Below are positions 13,137 through 25,333 of a stretch of DNA of 64,000 bases, piece by piece (position 1 is the stretch's first letter; every line of letters begins with the position of its first letter). This stretch comes from Anolis carolinensis (Eukaryota), in NCBI RefSeq assembly GCF_035594765.1, contig NC_085843.1:276621971-276685970 (forward strand), given 5' to 3'. The notes under the pieces are model-generated. The model had not been told where the DNA came from. It saw only the letters and a program-made list of their open reading frames with translations, and searched no databases. Position numbers and translations under genes: made by a program.

Positions 13137-13434
13137 CAGGTTGAATATGTTTTTTCCAAAATGTTTGAGAGCCAAAGTGTTTTGGATTTTGCATTTTTGT
13201 ACATAATGAGATACCTGGGAGATGGGACTCTGGTTTGAACACAAAACTCATTTATATTTCATATATAGCCTGAAGGTAAATTTATACGCAATATTTTAAA
13301 TAATCTTGTGTATGAAACCAAATTGGGGTGCATTGAGCCATCAGAAAGCCACAGGCTCACTATCTCAGCCACCCATGTGGAAGCTTTTGGAGTATTTTAG
13401 ATTCTAGAATTCCAGATGAGGAATGCTGAACCTG
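13137..13434. mobile_element. Tigger-like MITE
   Basis: ta-CAGGTTGA...AACCTG-ta termini. Confidence 0.65.
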
Positions 13435-13639
13435 TACAGCCTAGAAGAGGCTGCAGTGGTTTGTGTTTGCCTGAGCCTAATGGGAAAGGCAAGATCCAAC
13501 CTTCTTTTTCCTCATCCAAATGTTGAGTTGAAGGGATTGTCAGAGTTTAACTAACTCCACTTCTTACTGATGCAGGAAATCCAGAGCTAACATCTGCCTG
13601 ATGGATGGCCATGCAATCTCTGTGTTGAAATCTCCAATG

Positions 13640-15200
13640 AGGGAAGTTTCAGGGAATCTAAGCTTCTGAAAATTGTGCAAAGGCACTCTCACGAAGAGTT
13701 TATTACAGTAACCTAAATGGTATGTAACCAAGGTATGTGTTACCATGGCTAAGTCTGATGTCTCAAGGAATGGATGCAGATAGCATGTAAGCCTTAATTG
13801 TGCAAAAGCACACTTGGCCTGAGTTTCCTGCCTTAGGCTCGAATCCAGAAACACACACAGGCGGCAGACCTGTACCTTCCAGGGGAGTCCAACCCCATCC
13901 AGCGCAGGCTGAGTCTATTCCCTGATCTGCCTTTTGACAGACGAGGAACTCCTCTGTCTTGACTGGATGAAGTCTCAGTCCTTCAACCATTACATCACTG
14001 ATGACAGGCCTGGACATAGAACTAAAACATTTTTTTGGATTCTGGTAGAAAGGAGCAATAGAGCTGGGGTCAGCTGTGTCCTGCTAACACTGGACCCCCA
14101 AATTCTGAATGACTCTTGTATCTCAAGAATAATTACCTGGACATTGCTGGCTCATCCACTCCTGCTCAGTCTTTCTCAATGAGCAACATGTGCCTTCAAG
14201 TATCTCCGGAACGACTGCATTCTGTTGAAACTGTGCCACACGTGTGTCCAGACTGACCATTGGCAAAATATTAGAAATGGGGAGACTCCAAAACAAATAA
14301 TGCCTTCTGCTGCATGCAAAGGGCATTGCGTTCAATGCCATTGGCAGTACTTTCCCACGACAGCCCAGGAGCATCTCACATGAGGTAGTGTGGTGGAGAC
14401 CTCACCAATTTTACTCTGCTGATGAGTTACATGAGAAAGTGCTTCAGGAGCATTCTTTCTGACTGGACTGAAAATGGCATCAGCTCCTCCCAGTACTGCA
14501 AGCAAGAAGGTAGCAGGAGACCCAATACTCAAACAAGACTTGGCTATGATGCTGCCAATCTCTCCCCACCTTCCATCATAACACCATATATAATTATGGC
14601 GATTCCATATAGTTATGTAGCTAATTCTGATCTTGATCACTAACATGAAGAGTACCAACTGATTCAGCTTCTGGGTGCATTTGGCCATCTTCTTCACCAT
14701 CAAAAATTAGTTTGTCTCTCGCTCTGGATTACATTATCTGATTAGCCAAGGTTTACCTTGATTCCAGGCCCATTTACACACATGTCCCTTCTGCCAATTT
14801 CAACAATCAGATGGCTCAGAAACAGTTATGAGATCCTTCCAAATGCTGTTCAGCCCTTTGTGGCATGGGTCCTTCACAAACTGTCTTGCTTGTGTGCCAT
14901 CACAAGAACCTTATAAGGACTCTGTGAAGTTACAATTTCATCTTAGGTTTGGGGCTGATAACCTCAGGGAATGGGTGACCCATCAACTCTTAATTGGGGA
15001 GAGCTTTTGGACAACCCCAACAGCCCCCAACCATGCATTGTATGATGTATGTTCATGTGTGGTGATATCAACCTGGATGGAGGCCATTAAAATGGGTTCT
15101 AAAATAGCATTCTATGTACTTGATGAAGTGCATGTTTCAGCCCTGACCTGAGCAGAAGCTCCCTGTTTTCAGGCCACCATGAACATTAAAAACCATTCTT
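13640..15200 (-). mobile_element. Highly degenerate L2 LINE ORF2 remnant
   Basis: RLHP.KTE, LRPFLETSDLA.VTH.LVT..L.YCN motifs in ORFs 13564-14017; FNVH-like endonuclease remnant near 15185. Confidence 0.55.
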
Positions 15201-15344
15201 GTTTTTGCTACACCTCATTTTTCTAATATAACAGTCTGAGAATTTTGGTCTCACATTTCTGTGAACAAGGTGGCAACAACAAGGTAGCAATAGTTTTTTC
15301 TGCCAGCAATATTCCAACATTAGCTATCAATATATCAATTATAT

Positions 15345-15480
15345 ACTTCACAACCACTGAGGATGCCTGCCATAGATGTGGGTGAAATGTCAGGAGAGAA
15401 TACTTCTGGAACATGGCCACACAGCCCGGAAAACACACAACAACCCTGTGATTCCAGCTATGAAAGCCTTCGACAACACA
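15345..15480 (+). mobile_element. Penelope-like element terminal repeat fragment
   Basis: Near-identical to the pLTR at 51400-51507. Confidence 0.7.
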
Positions 15481-16479
15481 TTAGCTATCAAGCTCCTCTC
15501 CCCATTGCAGAAGACTTGGTTTCAAGCCTGCACGTTCTGCCTCTTCTAACTCTATGCAACCAATTTAATGAGTTTACTGAAGGCAAATGTACACGTGCAG
15601 TGAACAGCAATTTTGAATTAGAAGCAGAGATATCAAATGGCTGAAGAAGCAAATGAAGCTTTATTGTAAGTAGTCCATTAAAATTAGAAAAGCTATCTAA
15701 GTCTGACTATGGCAAACTTTCTGTAAGCCTACTATATAATTGTCATAGAAGAGCTGGAAAATGTCTAGCAAGAAAATAATTTTTTTGGATTCAGGTGAGT
15801 GAAATCATGGGTAATAAATAAAATGTATTATTGCCATCATTGTTTTTGTTGTCCCATGGATATGGAGGTCTTACCGCATATTAATTGTACTGTTTATCAT
15901 GCCTGATTTTCATTTTAAACCTTTCTAGACGTTTCAAGAAGAATTTGAGCTCCCACTAGCACAGGTAAGGCCAAACTTGGGTCCTCCCACCATTCCTAAC
16001 AGCCTCGGGCCCCTTCCTTTCCCACCTCAGCCGTTTAAGCTTTGCCAGAAGGCTGCCTTTCCCTGTTAAGATTAAAATGGAATGTGGAAATCCTGTTACA
16101 GCTCTTGTTATCTATAGAGTCAAGTAATTTTCTAAACCCAACCTACCTATCACAGATTTGTAGTTTCATAGTCTTCAAATGTCCTGATTTGGCAGTCTTG
16201 GTTAATCCCCTGTAATCTTACTTATCCGGCTACTTTTGAAATGTCCAAGCTTCTCTTCTTCTATTTTCCACATCAGCTAACTTGATTACTGGGTTTAAAG
16301 AATGTACAAAAGTAGTTTGCACTCAGTTAGATCACCAGAGTCTTGCCCTTCCAAGTAGACTAAGGCAAAAGTAAAATGCTACAGGGTCTCCCAGATTGGA
16401 TGTGCTTCCTCATTAATACATTTTGCTGTCAAGGTTTCCATCTCTGAAATGTTGGAAGACATGGAGCTACTTTCCTGCA

Positions 16480-17620
16480 ACCCCAAGAGTGGGGGACGGA
16501 GACATACTTCATGTCGAAACTTTCCTCCCCAAGATGACTTTTCAAGTAAGTGTCTCCTGATCTGGCATGAGATCTCAACAAGGCCCTGAAATTACCATCA
16601 TTGTGAAAAAGTTCTTCACAGGTAATCGGCCCTGAATCATTGCTCCCTCTTTAAGCTAGTTTTTGTCGGCCACAAAGGACAATAGTTTTCACAATTGGCA
16701 GAAGTTTCTTTCTGTTTTCTTTTGCTTTCTTCTTATTTCCTTTATCATCAAGACACTTTCCACTGTGAATTAGAAAGACGTTTTCAGCCAAACAAATTAT
16801 TCTGATGGTACTTTTTTTTAGTGTCTGTCGAAGACATCTATTGCATTTTTCCATTGTACAAATGGTTTAACCACCAATGTACCAAGCTTTTGATGACCAC
16901 CTTTACCCCCAACTTCTCCTCCAAACACCACACCATACTTACTTACAGAGCACACCTTGTACATGCAGTGAGTAGGTTAACTAAGGAACTCTGTTGAAAC
17001 ATTTGGGTTGAAAACTTAAGATGCCTCTTCTTATCCACAGGAAATACATATCTTGCCAATGGGGTATGTTTATTTTGCACTAATTGAACTTTTACTTGGT
17101 CATCAGAAACAGATATGTTCATATAAAGCCCAAGATATAACAATGACACAGCTTATTCTCTTTGCTCCTGTTCCATTGTTTCTTTGGCAAGGCTTGGATT
17201 AGATCAGTGGTTCTCAACCTGTGGGATTTCAGGCTGGGATTTCTGAGAGTTGTAGGCCAAGACACCTGGGGACCCACAGGATGTGAAACATTGGATTAGA
17301 TGAACCAGTGAGAGATACTGCAGTTTCCACAGTTTCCTCAATGCCTTAGGCTTTACAGGCCTGCTGCAGGTAGACCAATTTGGTTGCTTCTACAATGTCA
17401 ACTATTGCTGCTATTGCAATGTAAATTGGTAGAAAGGTGAATGATTGGTAGAATAGTGTGAATGATTAAAATTTGGCTGAGATAGTGATGTAGTTCTGGA
17501 GGGACTCTAATTTTTGCTTCTCATATATTTGGCATATGGATGTGGTTAACCAGTTAAAATTGGCCTGAAACATTTTGGGGGTGGTTTGAACCCCCAAACC
17601 ACCCCTAGACTTCAGGCTTG
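16480..17620 (-). mobile_element. Degenerate hAT transposon (transposase pseudogene plus one terminus)
   Basis: ENRKKLLPIVKTIVLCGRQKLA*RGSNDSG...NDGNFRALLR is an LRG...GNF hAT transposase motif with stops and frameshifts; terminus shared with the MITE at 54430. Confidence 0.75.
17204..17293. mobile_element. Short SPIN-like hAT MITE nested in the hAT relic
   Basis: CAGTGGTTCTCAACCT end, flanked by repeated gattagat. Confidence 0.6.
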
Positions 17621-19023
17621 ATTCCCTCCCTTGATTTCCTCCCCCATCCCACACACACAAAAAGCCACTAGAAAGACAGTACTGTTGCAGCCATCATTTA
17701 TCAAGTGTTTGTAAGATACATTTGAGCACAGAATAGAGTCAGTTTTCTCACATCACAATGAAGACGTCTGCCATGTCCAAACAAATGAGAAAAATTATGG
17801 CAAAATATTCCCTAGCTAGCACAGTGTTTGGATTTGGAGGAAAACACTCCCTGATTGCCCAGACATATGTGGCCAAGAGGTCCACCTTGACTTTTGAAGT
17901 AGCTGAGCTTTCAAGTATTCTGGCTGGAATGCTGATGCCGTTTCCAATTTTTGTTCTTTGTTTGAATTTGTTTCATTTTGATGTTAAGCAACAACACTTG
18001 GAAAGTCCAATTGCTTAACTCAGATGTATAATCAAGGACAGGTTGACATTTGCTTATTTTTGATAAGAACTTTCCAACACTTGCACATGGAATAAATGCC
18101 TAATGAAGTTGGTCAGTGTAGAGGACTGGGGATTTATTCTTTGAGAACATCTTCCCAAAATCCACATTTAAAAAAATAAATTCAAGGGAGGCCATAAAAA
18201 ACATAAGGAAAGCCATGTTAGATTCCAACCAAAATATGATCTAACTCAGCATTTTGTTCATTGAGCCATCCATAGGAAGATATTTCAGATTGAAGACATC
18301 CATATGTAGGTGAAAAAGAAATCTTTTCACTTGTCCTCGATACTATTCTTGCCTTGATGACCCACATGAGGAAAAGGAAAGAGAAAGAGACTGCAAGAAA
18401 TGTTCATTTTGGGATTACATTTCCTGAAAATCCTCTCCTTGGCTAAAAATGATGCAGAGATTTCCTATTGGGGATTATAGGGCTCGCAGTGAAAAAATAT
18501 GGGGAAGGCAAGAGGATAGGGAAACAGAAGGAGCTGAATGCTGAAACCATTTATATTCTGGCTTTTGGATCTGAGTCAAACAGGAAAACACTCCTTTTGA
18601 GCTTCCTGCATTCAATAATCTACACACAGACTAGTAGGTGAAGTCTAATGCAGAAGTGTATTTATTTATACATCCCGCTTGTAGTATCTATGGGTTGGGT
18701 AGCTAACTCTACAGTCAAACATGCCCAAGTGTGAGCTGAGCTGAATTGTCCTTCCGCACTCCGTGCTCCGTAGTATCATAAACTTCTTCTTGCAGTCCAC
18801 ACACATTTGAAAACAAAACACCCAATGACCCAAACCCAAGCTTTATACATTAACAGGGAACACAACTGGATAAAATTAGCAGTGAGCAATGGTTTCAGTA
18901 GGGTAATAGGTCTACATTGGGCTTGCAATCCAAACTGTAGAGGAGATATCCAAGGGCTCAGCACCTAAAAATTGGTATGGATTCAGCATGACACTGGAGC
19001 CATGCACCACCACCAATATTGTA

Positions 19024-19442
19024 CCGTGTTTCCCCGAAAACAAGACAGTGTCTTATATTAATTTTTGCTCCCAAAGATACTCTAGGTCTTATTTTCAGGG
19101 GATGTCTTATTTTTCCATGAAGAAGAATTCACATTTATTGTTGAACAAAAAAATGAACATTTATTATATACTGTACAGTAGTTGTCATCGCAAACCAGCA
19201 TAACCAGACAAACTGTGAATCCTATCAAGAATTTCTTGTTACTACCATTATTTCCATGTACAATACTCTATGGTAGGTACATTTACCAATCCTGCATGCT
19301 CTGGTGTTCTGTTCGTTGGGCATGCTTCCAAACAAAAACTTTGCTAGGTCTTACTTTCGGGGGAGGCCTTATATTTAGCAATTCAGCAAAACTTCTACTA
19401 GGTCTTATTTTCTGGGGATGTCTTATTTTCGGGAAAACAGGG
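19024..19442. mobile_element. Tc1/mariner-superfamily MITE
   Basis: ta-CCGTGTTTCCCCGAAAA...TTTTCGGGAAAACAGGG-ta; second copy at 34763-35161. Confidence 0.85.
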
Positions 19443-19689
19443 TAGCTGATCTACTGCTATCTCGGTTGGACTAAACAAAAAGTGCAAGTGGGACCTCACT
19501 TGTCCAAATTGGTATTACTGTTTGTACCTCGGGGATTGCTTTGGTGTCTCTGTGTGAATTAAAACCCTACAAATCCAAATCCAAATGACAGTTACTATTT
19601 GTATTGAGAAATCCCCAAAGCCATTCATTTTCACGTTCATTTTCTAAATACATTGTGTCTCATGTTGCCTAATCTACCAATCGTCCACC

Positions 19690-20406
19690 TTACTCAGTTT
19701 GGGATTGTGTGCCTCCAGGGGGTGTTTTTACTACAGGCCTTTGAGGCAACTCAAGACCAATGATGTTTTCTTTGCTCTCTCCTGGGCAGGTGGGTGATCC
19801 AGAAAACCCAGGTGGGTAGGGAGGAATATTTGAGCCCATGGGCTTGGTCAACCCTGGCCGCCCTGCTGGTTTCTGTGGTGGATGGCTGCCTTCCTCAGGA
19901 TGGCTGGGACTACCTGGAAGCTGCGACTTGGGCAGTTGTGGGGGCTGCTGCACTTGAGGAGGGACAGGTTTCCCATCCAGTGACTCTGCTCCAGTTTCAG
20001 GCAAGGAGTGAAGAGACACATGCTCATTTGAAGGGGGAAGGATTACCACATGCCCTACTGTTTTCAGATGGTCCTTGTCACAAGAGAGATCTTGATGATC
20101 CCGTGAATGATCGCTATGGTGCCTTCCGTGATCACCGTGATGGTGTGGGTGGTCATCCCTATCAGGGTGACGTTGACCATCCCTATCAGGGTGACGTTGG
20201 CCATCCCTATCAGGGTGGTGGTGGCCATCCCTATCACGGTGGCGGTGGCCATGATCGCGATCCTGAGAGTGACCATCTCCATGACGGTGATGATCTCCCT
20301 TCTTTCTGCCGTGGTCATGATGGCCATCTTCATGGCTTTCGCGATCTGCATGGTGTCCATCTCTGCCCGGTTGTAGTCCAGATTGTTGTTCACCACCTTC
20401 TTGTGC
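19690..20406 (-). CDS. FETUB: FETUB exon 7: His/Asp/Arg-rich repeat region followed by Pro-rich tail and terminal CPG
   Basis: Acceptor gctattag; 238 aa open frame AQEGGEQQ...GHHADRESHEDGHHDH...HPDRDGQRHPDRD...SCDKD...TCPGESK...QTE*; contiguous with ORF 19690-20049. Confidence 0.9.
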   Translation of the reverse strand, partial: AQEGGEQQSGLQPGRDGHHADRESHEDGHHDHGRKKGDHHRHGDGHSQDRDHGHRHRDRDGHHHPDRDGQRHPDRDGQRHPDRDDHPHHHGDHGRHHSDHSRDHQDLSCDKDHLKTVGHVVILPPSNEHVSLHSLPETGAESLDGKPVPPQVQQPPQLPKSQLPGSPSHPEEGSHPPQKPAGRPGLTKPMGSNIPPYPPGFSGSPTCPGESKENIIGLELPQRPVVKTPPGGTQSQTE

Positions 20407-23400
20407 CTAATAGCATCATACATAAGAAAGATCTGCTCAGTGTCTGTTATTAAGAGAGTGCCCTTCTGTGTATGGATCAAGACGCAATGGATGAGATAAA
20501 ATTGGGCATATTTCTTTGCTTGGAAGTCTGTTCAGTGCTAGTAGAATACTGTATGTAGCATGCATTATGACAACTGGCTTTTAATGACTCAGAAATGCAG
20601 TCGCCTGGGTCACCATGAAAGTGGAAAAGCCTTGAATAAAAATGCACAATTTCTTTACTTAGGAGAACAGCCCCCTAGGAATCTTTAGGTCCTCCATTGT
20701 GACTCTTCTGATGGAAGTTGACCATAGAATCATGCTGGAGAACTTAGCATTTGGTAGAGATTTGTAGGTCCTTCAGAGTGATTCTAGAGTTAATTTTCAC
20801 TAGAAGAGTCATTCTGGAGAACTTAAAGATTCCTAGGGAGATGTCTTCTCTGGTAAATAAGAGGAGATCATTACCATTTTTCCCATTTTTGTGTGTGTCC
20901 TCCATCTCTAACACCCATGAAAGCAGGGTGCCTTCTCTACTCCACTGCCAAATAGAAGGTTGTGAGAGGGCGATACATAATTACAGTCAACTCTTCACAT
21001 TCACTGAGGTTAGGGGCTCAGGACCCTTGTGAAAGTGGAAAACTGCAGAAGCACCGTTCTATGGTCAACTTCCACTGGAATGTGATCATAGAATTGTACT
21101 GGAGAACCTAAAGATTCCTACAAAAGTGTTATCTGGAGAAATCTTTAGGTTGTCCACAATGTGTGGAGGAAGTTGACCATAAAATCACACTGGAGGACTT
21201 AGAAATTCCTAAAGAGAACATTTACAATCAAATATGTTGAACAACTGAATCCAAAAAAGTCACATTGCAAATGTGAGGGGATGACTGTGATTTTTATACA
21301 TATTTCAGAAGCTAATCTAATGCCTGCTGCTGATAAACAATGTGATAATGTTCAGATTTTGTCAACGTTGCCTTTTTTGGTCAAGATCCCAGAATCCTTT
21401 GGGCAATTTGCTTACTTGTTAGGGGATTCTGGGAATAATAGTCTATAAGAAAATTGTTTTTTCCAAGTCCTATTCATCTTTATATTCTATGGTTCATTAC
21501 TGTTGCTGTTATTGTCCGACAACAATGTGTAATTGAGCACCATACCTGTGGATGGAAGAGGGTGCACGTTACAGTGATAAATTTCCGGTTTTCTATCCGA
21601 CTTTCCACCACAGAGCCTTTGCACAGACCTGTTACCTAGGAAAAAATATATAGATATATATTCTCTATCAGCAGGTCATTCCAACAAAAAAAATTCACAT
21701 ATCAGTTTTGAATATCTAAAACCTGAAATAGTGTATGATATATTTGAGCTCGGTGTTGCAGCAATGGATACACTCGCACATTCACACTAGCCTTCAGACA
21801 CATCCATAGATGTGACTTAAACTTATTCAGCTTATTTGTTCTCCGCTAGTAACCCTAGAGATTGAGGGGGGGGGGGGACCGAGGCCAGAGAAATGTTCAG
21901 CTCCCCTGGAATTTTTTGGCAAAACCAACCTACTTGAAGGGATATACAATGGAGATATATTGCAGTGTGGTTCTGTTGCTTTGTGTTGGTTTGAGGGAGG
22001 GAGGAATGGTTCAAAGTGGCAACTTTCTATAAAGTTACATTTTTCTGTGAGGTAATGCAAGATGAATTAGCACTTACTGCAGTTTTTGAAGGGAGGAGTG
22101 GGCACTTGGAGATGTCAGAGGCAGGTTCACTCTTGAGGCAGGATGTCTCCTGGATGGTGAATTCCACGAAATTTGAAGGACCAACGACCCACTGTGTAAA
22201 GTTAATGCATTACGAGTTAGAGGTTTTGCATTTGAATGCGAGTGCTTTGAATGCGATTTCCTGCTTCTTGGCAGGAGGTTGGACTGGATGGCCCATGAGG
22301 TCTCTTCCAACTCTACGATTCTATGATTCTATGATTCTGTGATTCCACTAGCTGCGCCCGGCCACGCGTTGCTGTGGCTAGGACTTAATTTTTCTTTTCT
22401 TTTTGTTGTATGAACGTAGGGGCATGGATGAGAGGTTGTGCTGTCAATTTTCGAGGTTGTGGGGCGTTTAGTTTAGTTGTTTTGTCCGGTGCTGTGATTC
22501 CATTACCCTTTTATATATATAGATTGTCTGGCATAGAACAAAAGCTATTTCTCATGCACCTTGACATCCTAATATCAGGTGAAAAAGAGTTCAATATATG
22601 TGTTGGAGGCATTGTCAGAATGTCGAAAAAATCCAAACAGAACATTAAAACAAAACAAAGCTTAAGATTTCAATCCAGCTGGATGTTAATGCGTGCTAAA
22701 ATGTGTCCAGAAAAGGGCAACCAAAATGGTCAATGGTCTGGAAGCCAAGTCCTATGAAGAGTAGCTTAGGGAGCTGGATATGTTCAACTTGAACAGAAGA
22801 CTGAGAGAGGACATGAAGTCCATACTTAAATATTTGAAAGGATATCATATTGAGGAAAGGACAAGCTCTAGAGCAGGCATGAGCAAACTTTGGCCCTCCA
22901 GGTGTTTTGGAATTCAACTCCCACAACTCCCTACTGACTGTTAGGAATTGTAGGAGTTGAAGTCCAACACCTGGAGAGCCGACATTTGCCCATGCCTGCT
23001 CTAGAAACTAGGATATGAAGCAGGGAAAGGAGATTCCAACTAAACATTAGGAAGAACTCCCTGATGGTTAGAGCTGTTCAACAGTGGAATATGTGTTTGG
23101 GCATCCTGCTCTGAAGGTTTTTAAACAGTGACTGGATGGCCATCTGTCAGAGCTGCTTTGATTGTGTGTTTCTACATGCCACTAGATGGTCCTTGTGGTC
23201 TCTTCCAACTCTATGATTGTGTGATCCTTATGGTGCAATTGCTTTTCATCTGGCTACAGGGACATAGCCAGCTGCTTTTGTGGCCACCTGCCCTATTATC
23301 TCCCAGGTATGGGTGGCCATGTGTGGAGAGCTTCAGTGTCTCTATGACAGATTGTGGGTGTTTTGGTTGATGCAGAAGGAAGAAGGGAGTGTTGACTTCC

Positions 23401-25290
23401 ACAGCAATGAAAATGGACATGGGCATAGGATGTCAGACATTAGTATTAATAGATGGCATTAATATTACTGGATGTTAATATTAATGCTAAAAGTAAGTTG
23501 TTTAATACAAGCCAAGAAGATCAATCTTCATATGTATCTAAACCTGTGTAAACTCCAGGGAGGAAACTAAAGTCGTGGAATTCCATGACAGCTAAAGAGG
23601 TTTCAGAGTGATTTAACTATAGCGTGAAAGAGAAGTCTACAGGCTTTCCCACTATAATGAAATGCATTAACTTGATTTAAATTATAGTAATTCTTTATGC
23701 ATTTGCATCTGTGCCAAAAAGTCTAGAATAAACCAACTGAGGTTCTCTTCTGTCTTTTCTTTAGGGTATATATTTCACTTTTCGTTGTGGATTGATTTTT
23801 GTTTGGTTTTGACAACTCATTAGAAACCATTCATTGATACAGATTCTCTGCCAAAGAGTGCTGGCGCCTCACCAAATTACAACTCCCATGATTCTGTAAC
23901 ATATTGCTATGGCAGTTAAAGTGGTGTCACACTGAATTCGTTCTATAGTGTTGGCACACCCCCAAAGCACTTTTTAAATAATAGGCAATCCTAACCTTAC
24001 CTGTGAAGTTGCTTTGGTTACATTGAGGATGGCAAAGTAATGCCGATGATTGGCTTCTGTATTGAACTTGAGCAGGCTCTCAGATGCCGCCTCTTGAAAC
24101 CTGGCTTCCGTTACGTCACCAGCTACTGGGCAGTCGGGGCATATTTTTGCAAAAGTCACAGCAGGAACTGTGTAGGGGGGAAAAAATAAGGAAATTAAGG
24201 ATATAAGGCTGAACTTCTTGATGGCAACAAGTCATTTCAGCAATTTCTATCCTAGCGTGAGAAACTTTTCAAAAAGTTGTTGGCGGATGAGAAAAAAGCC
24301 CATGGAAACGTCTGAACTGCTTTGTGTTGAAGTATATCATGTAGCTCAGTGGTTCTCACCTTGGGGTCCCCAGATGTGTTTTGGCCTACAACTGCCAGAA
24401 ATCCCAGCCATTTTACCAGCTGTTAGGATTTCTGGAAGACCAAAAAAACATCTGGGGACCCACAAGTTGAGAACCACTGATGTGACTGAAAGCCTTCACT
24501 CCTGGGAACATTGATATGCTGGGATAAACTTTGTTTTTTGACTAAAGCTATCTGGATCTGTTTGTGCTTCTGAATTCGTATTTATATTACATTCATAAAT
24601 GTATTGCTTTCTAGTTTAGTATGCACTGTGCCACGGAGGCACGATGGGTTAAACCTTTGTGATCTGCTTACCTGAAGGTTGCAGATTCAAATCTGTGAGA
24701 TGGGATGAGCTCCCGTCTGTCAGCTCTAGCTTGCGGGGACATAAGAGAAGCCTCCCAGTAACACATCTGAGTATCCCCTGGGCAACGTCTCTGTAGACAG
24801 CCAATTCTCTCACACCAGAAGCAACTTGCAGTATGTTCGCAAGTGACTTCTGACATGATTAAAAACCTATGTCCAGAAGCTGAGGCAGTGGAAACTGTGG
24901 AGCATGTCTTGTTGTACTGCTCTTTTTATCGAGACCTTTGTAAACACTTTATAAATCCAATTTTAGAAAGTTTACCCGGGAGATCTGTAAGGTTTTATGT
25001 TGATTATCTTTTGGCAGACCAAAACTCCAAAATTACTGCCAAAGTTGCTAGCTTTTGTGCAGCAGCGATAGCTTGTCGGTGCAAGATGTTGCCACAGTTT
25101 TAGAGGATTTTAATATTTACTTCAGCATTTACCTTTGCCATTTTAGCATATAAATGTTTTATACAGTTTTAACTACCATATTCAATACTGTGTTTTAACC
25201 TTGTTCGTCACTGTGTTTCTTAATATCTAATTGTATACGTTTCTATGCTATTCTGATGCTTGTACATTTTCTGTTACTGGTCATGGACTG

Positions 25291-25333
<43 letters not shown>

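Noticed and set aside
20153-20296. Repeat array considered as CRISPR-like
   Set aside because: Eukaryotic coding minisatellite with no unique spacers or cas genes.
19794-20480. Overlapping ORFs (219 aa plus, 138 aa minus, 89 aa plus) across FETUB exon 7
   Set aside because: Alternative-frame shadows of a stop-poor 24-nt coding repeat; only the spliced FETUB frame has splice support and homology.
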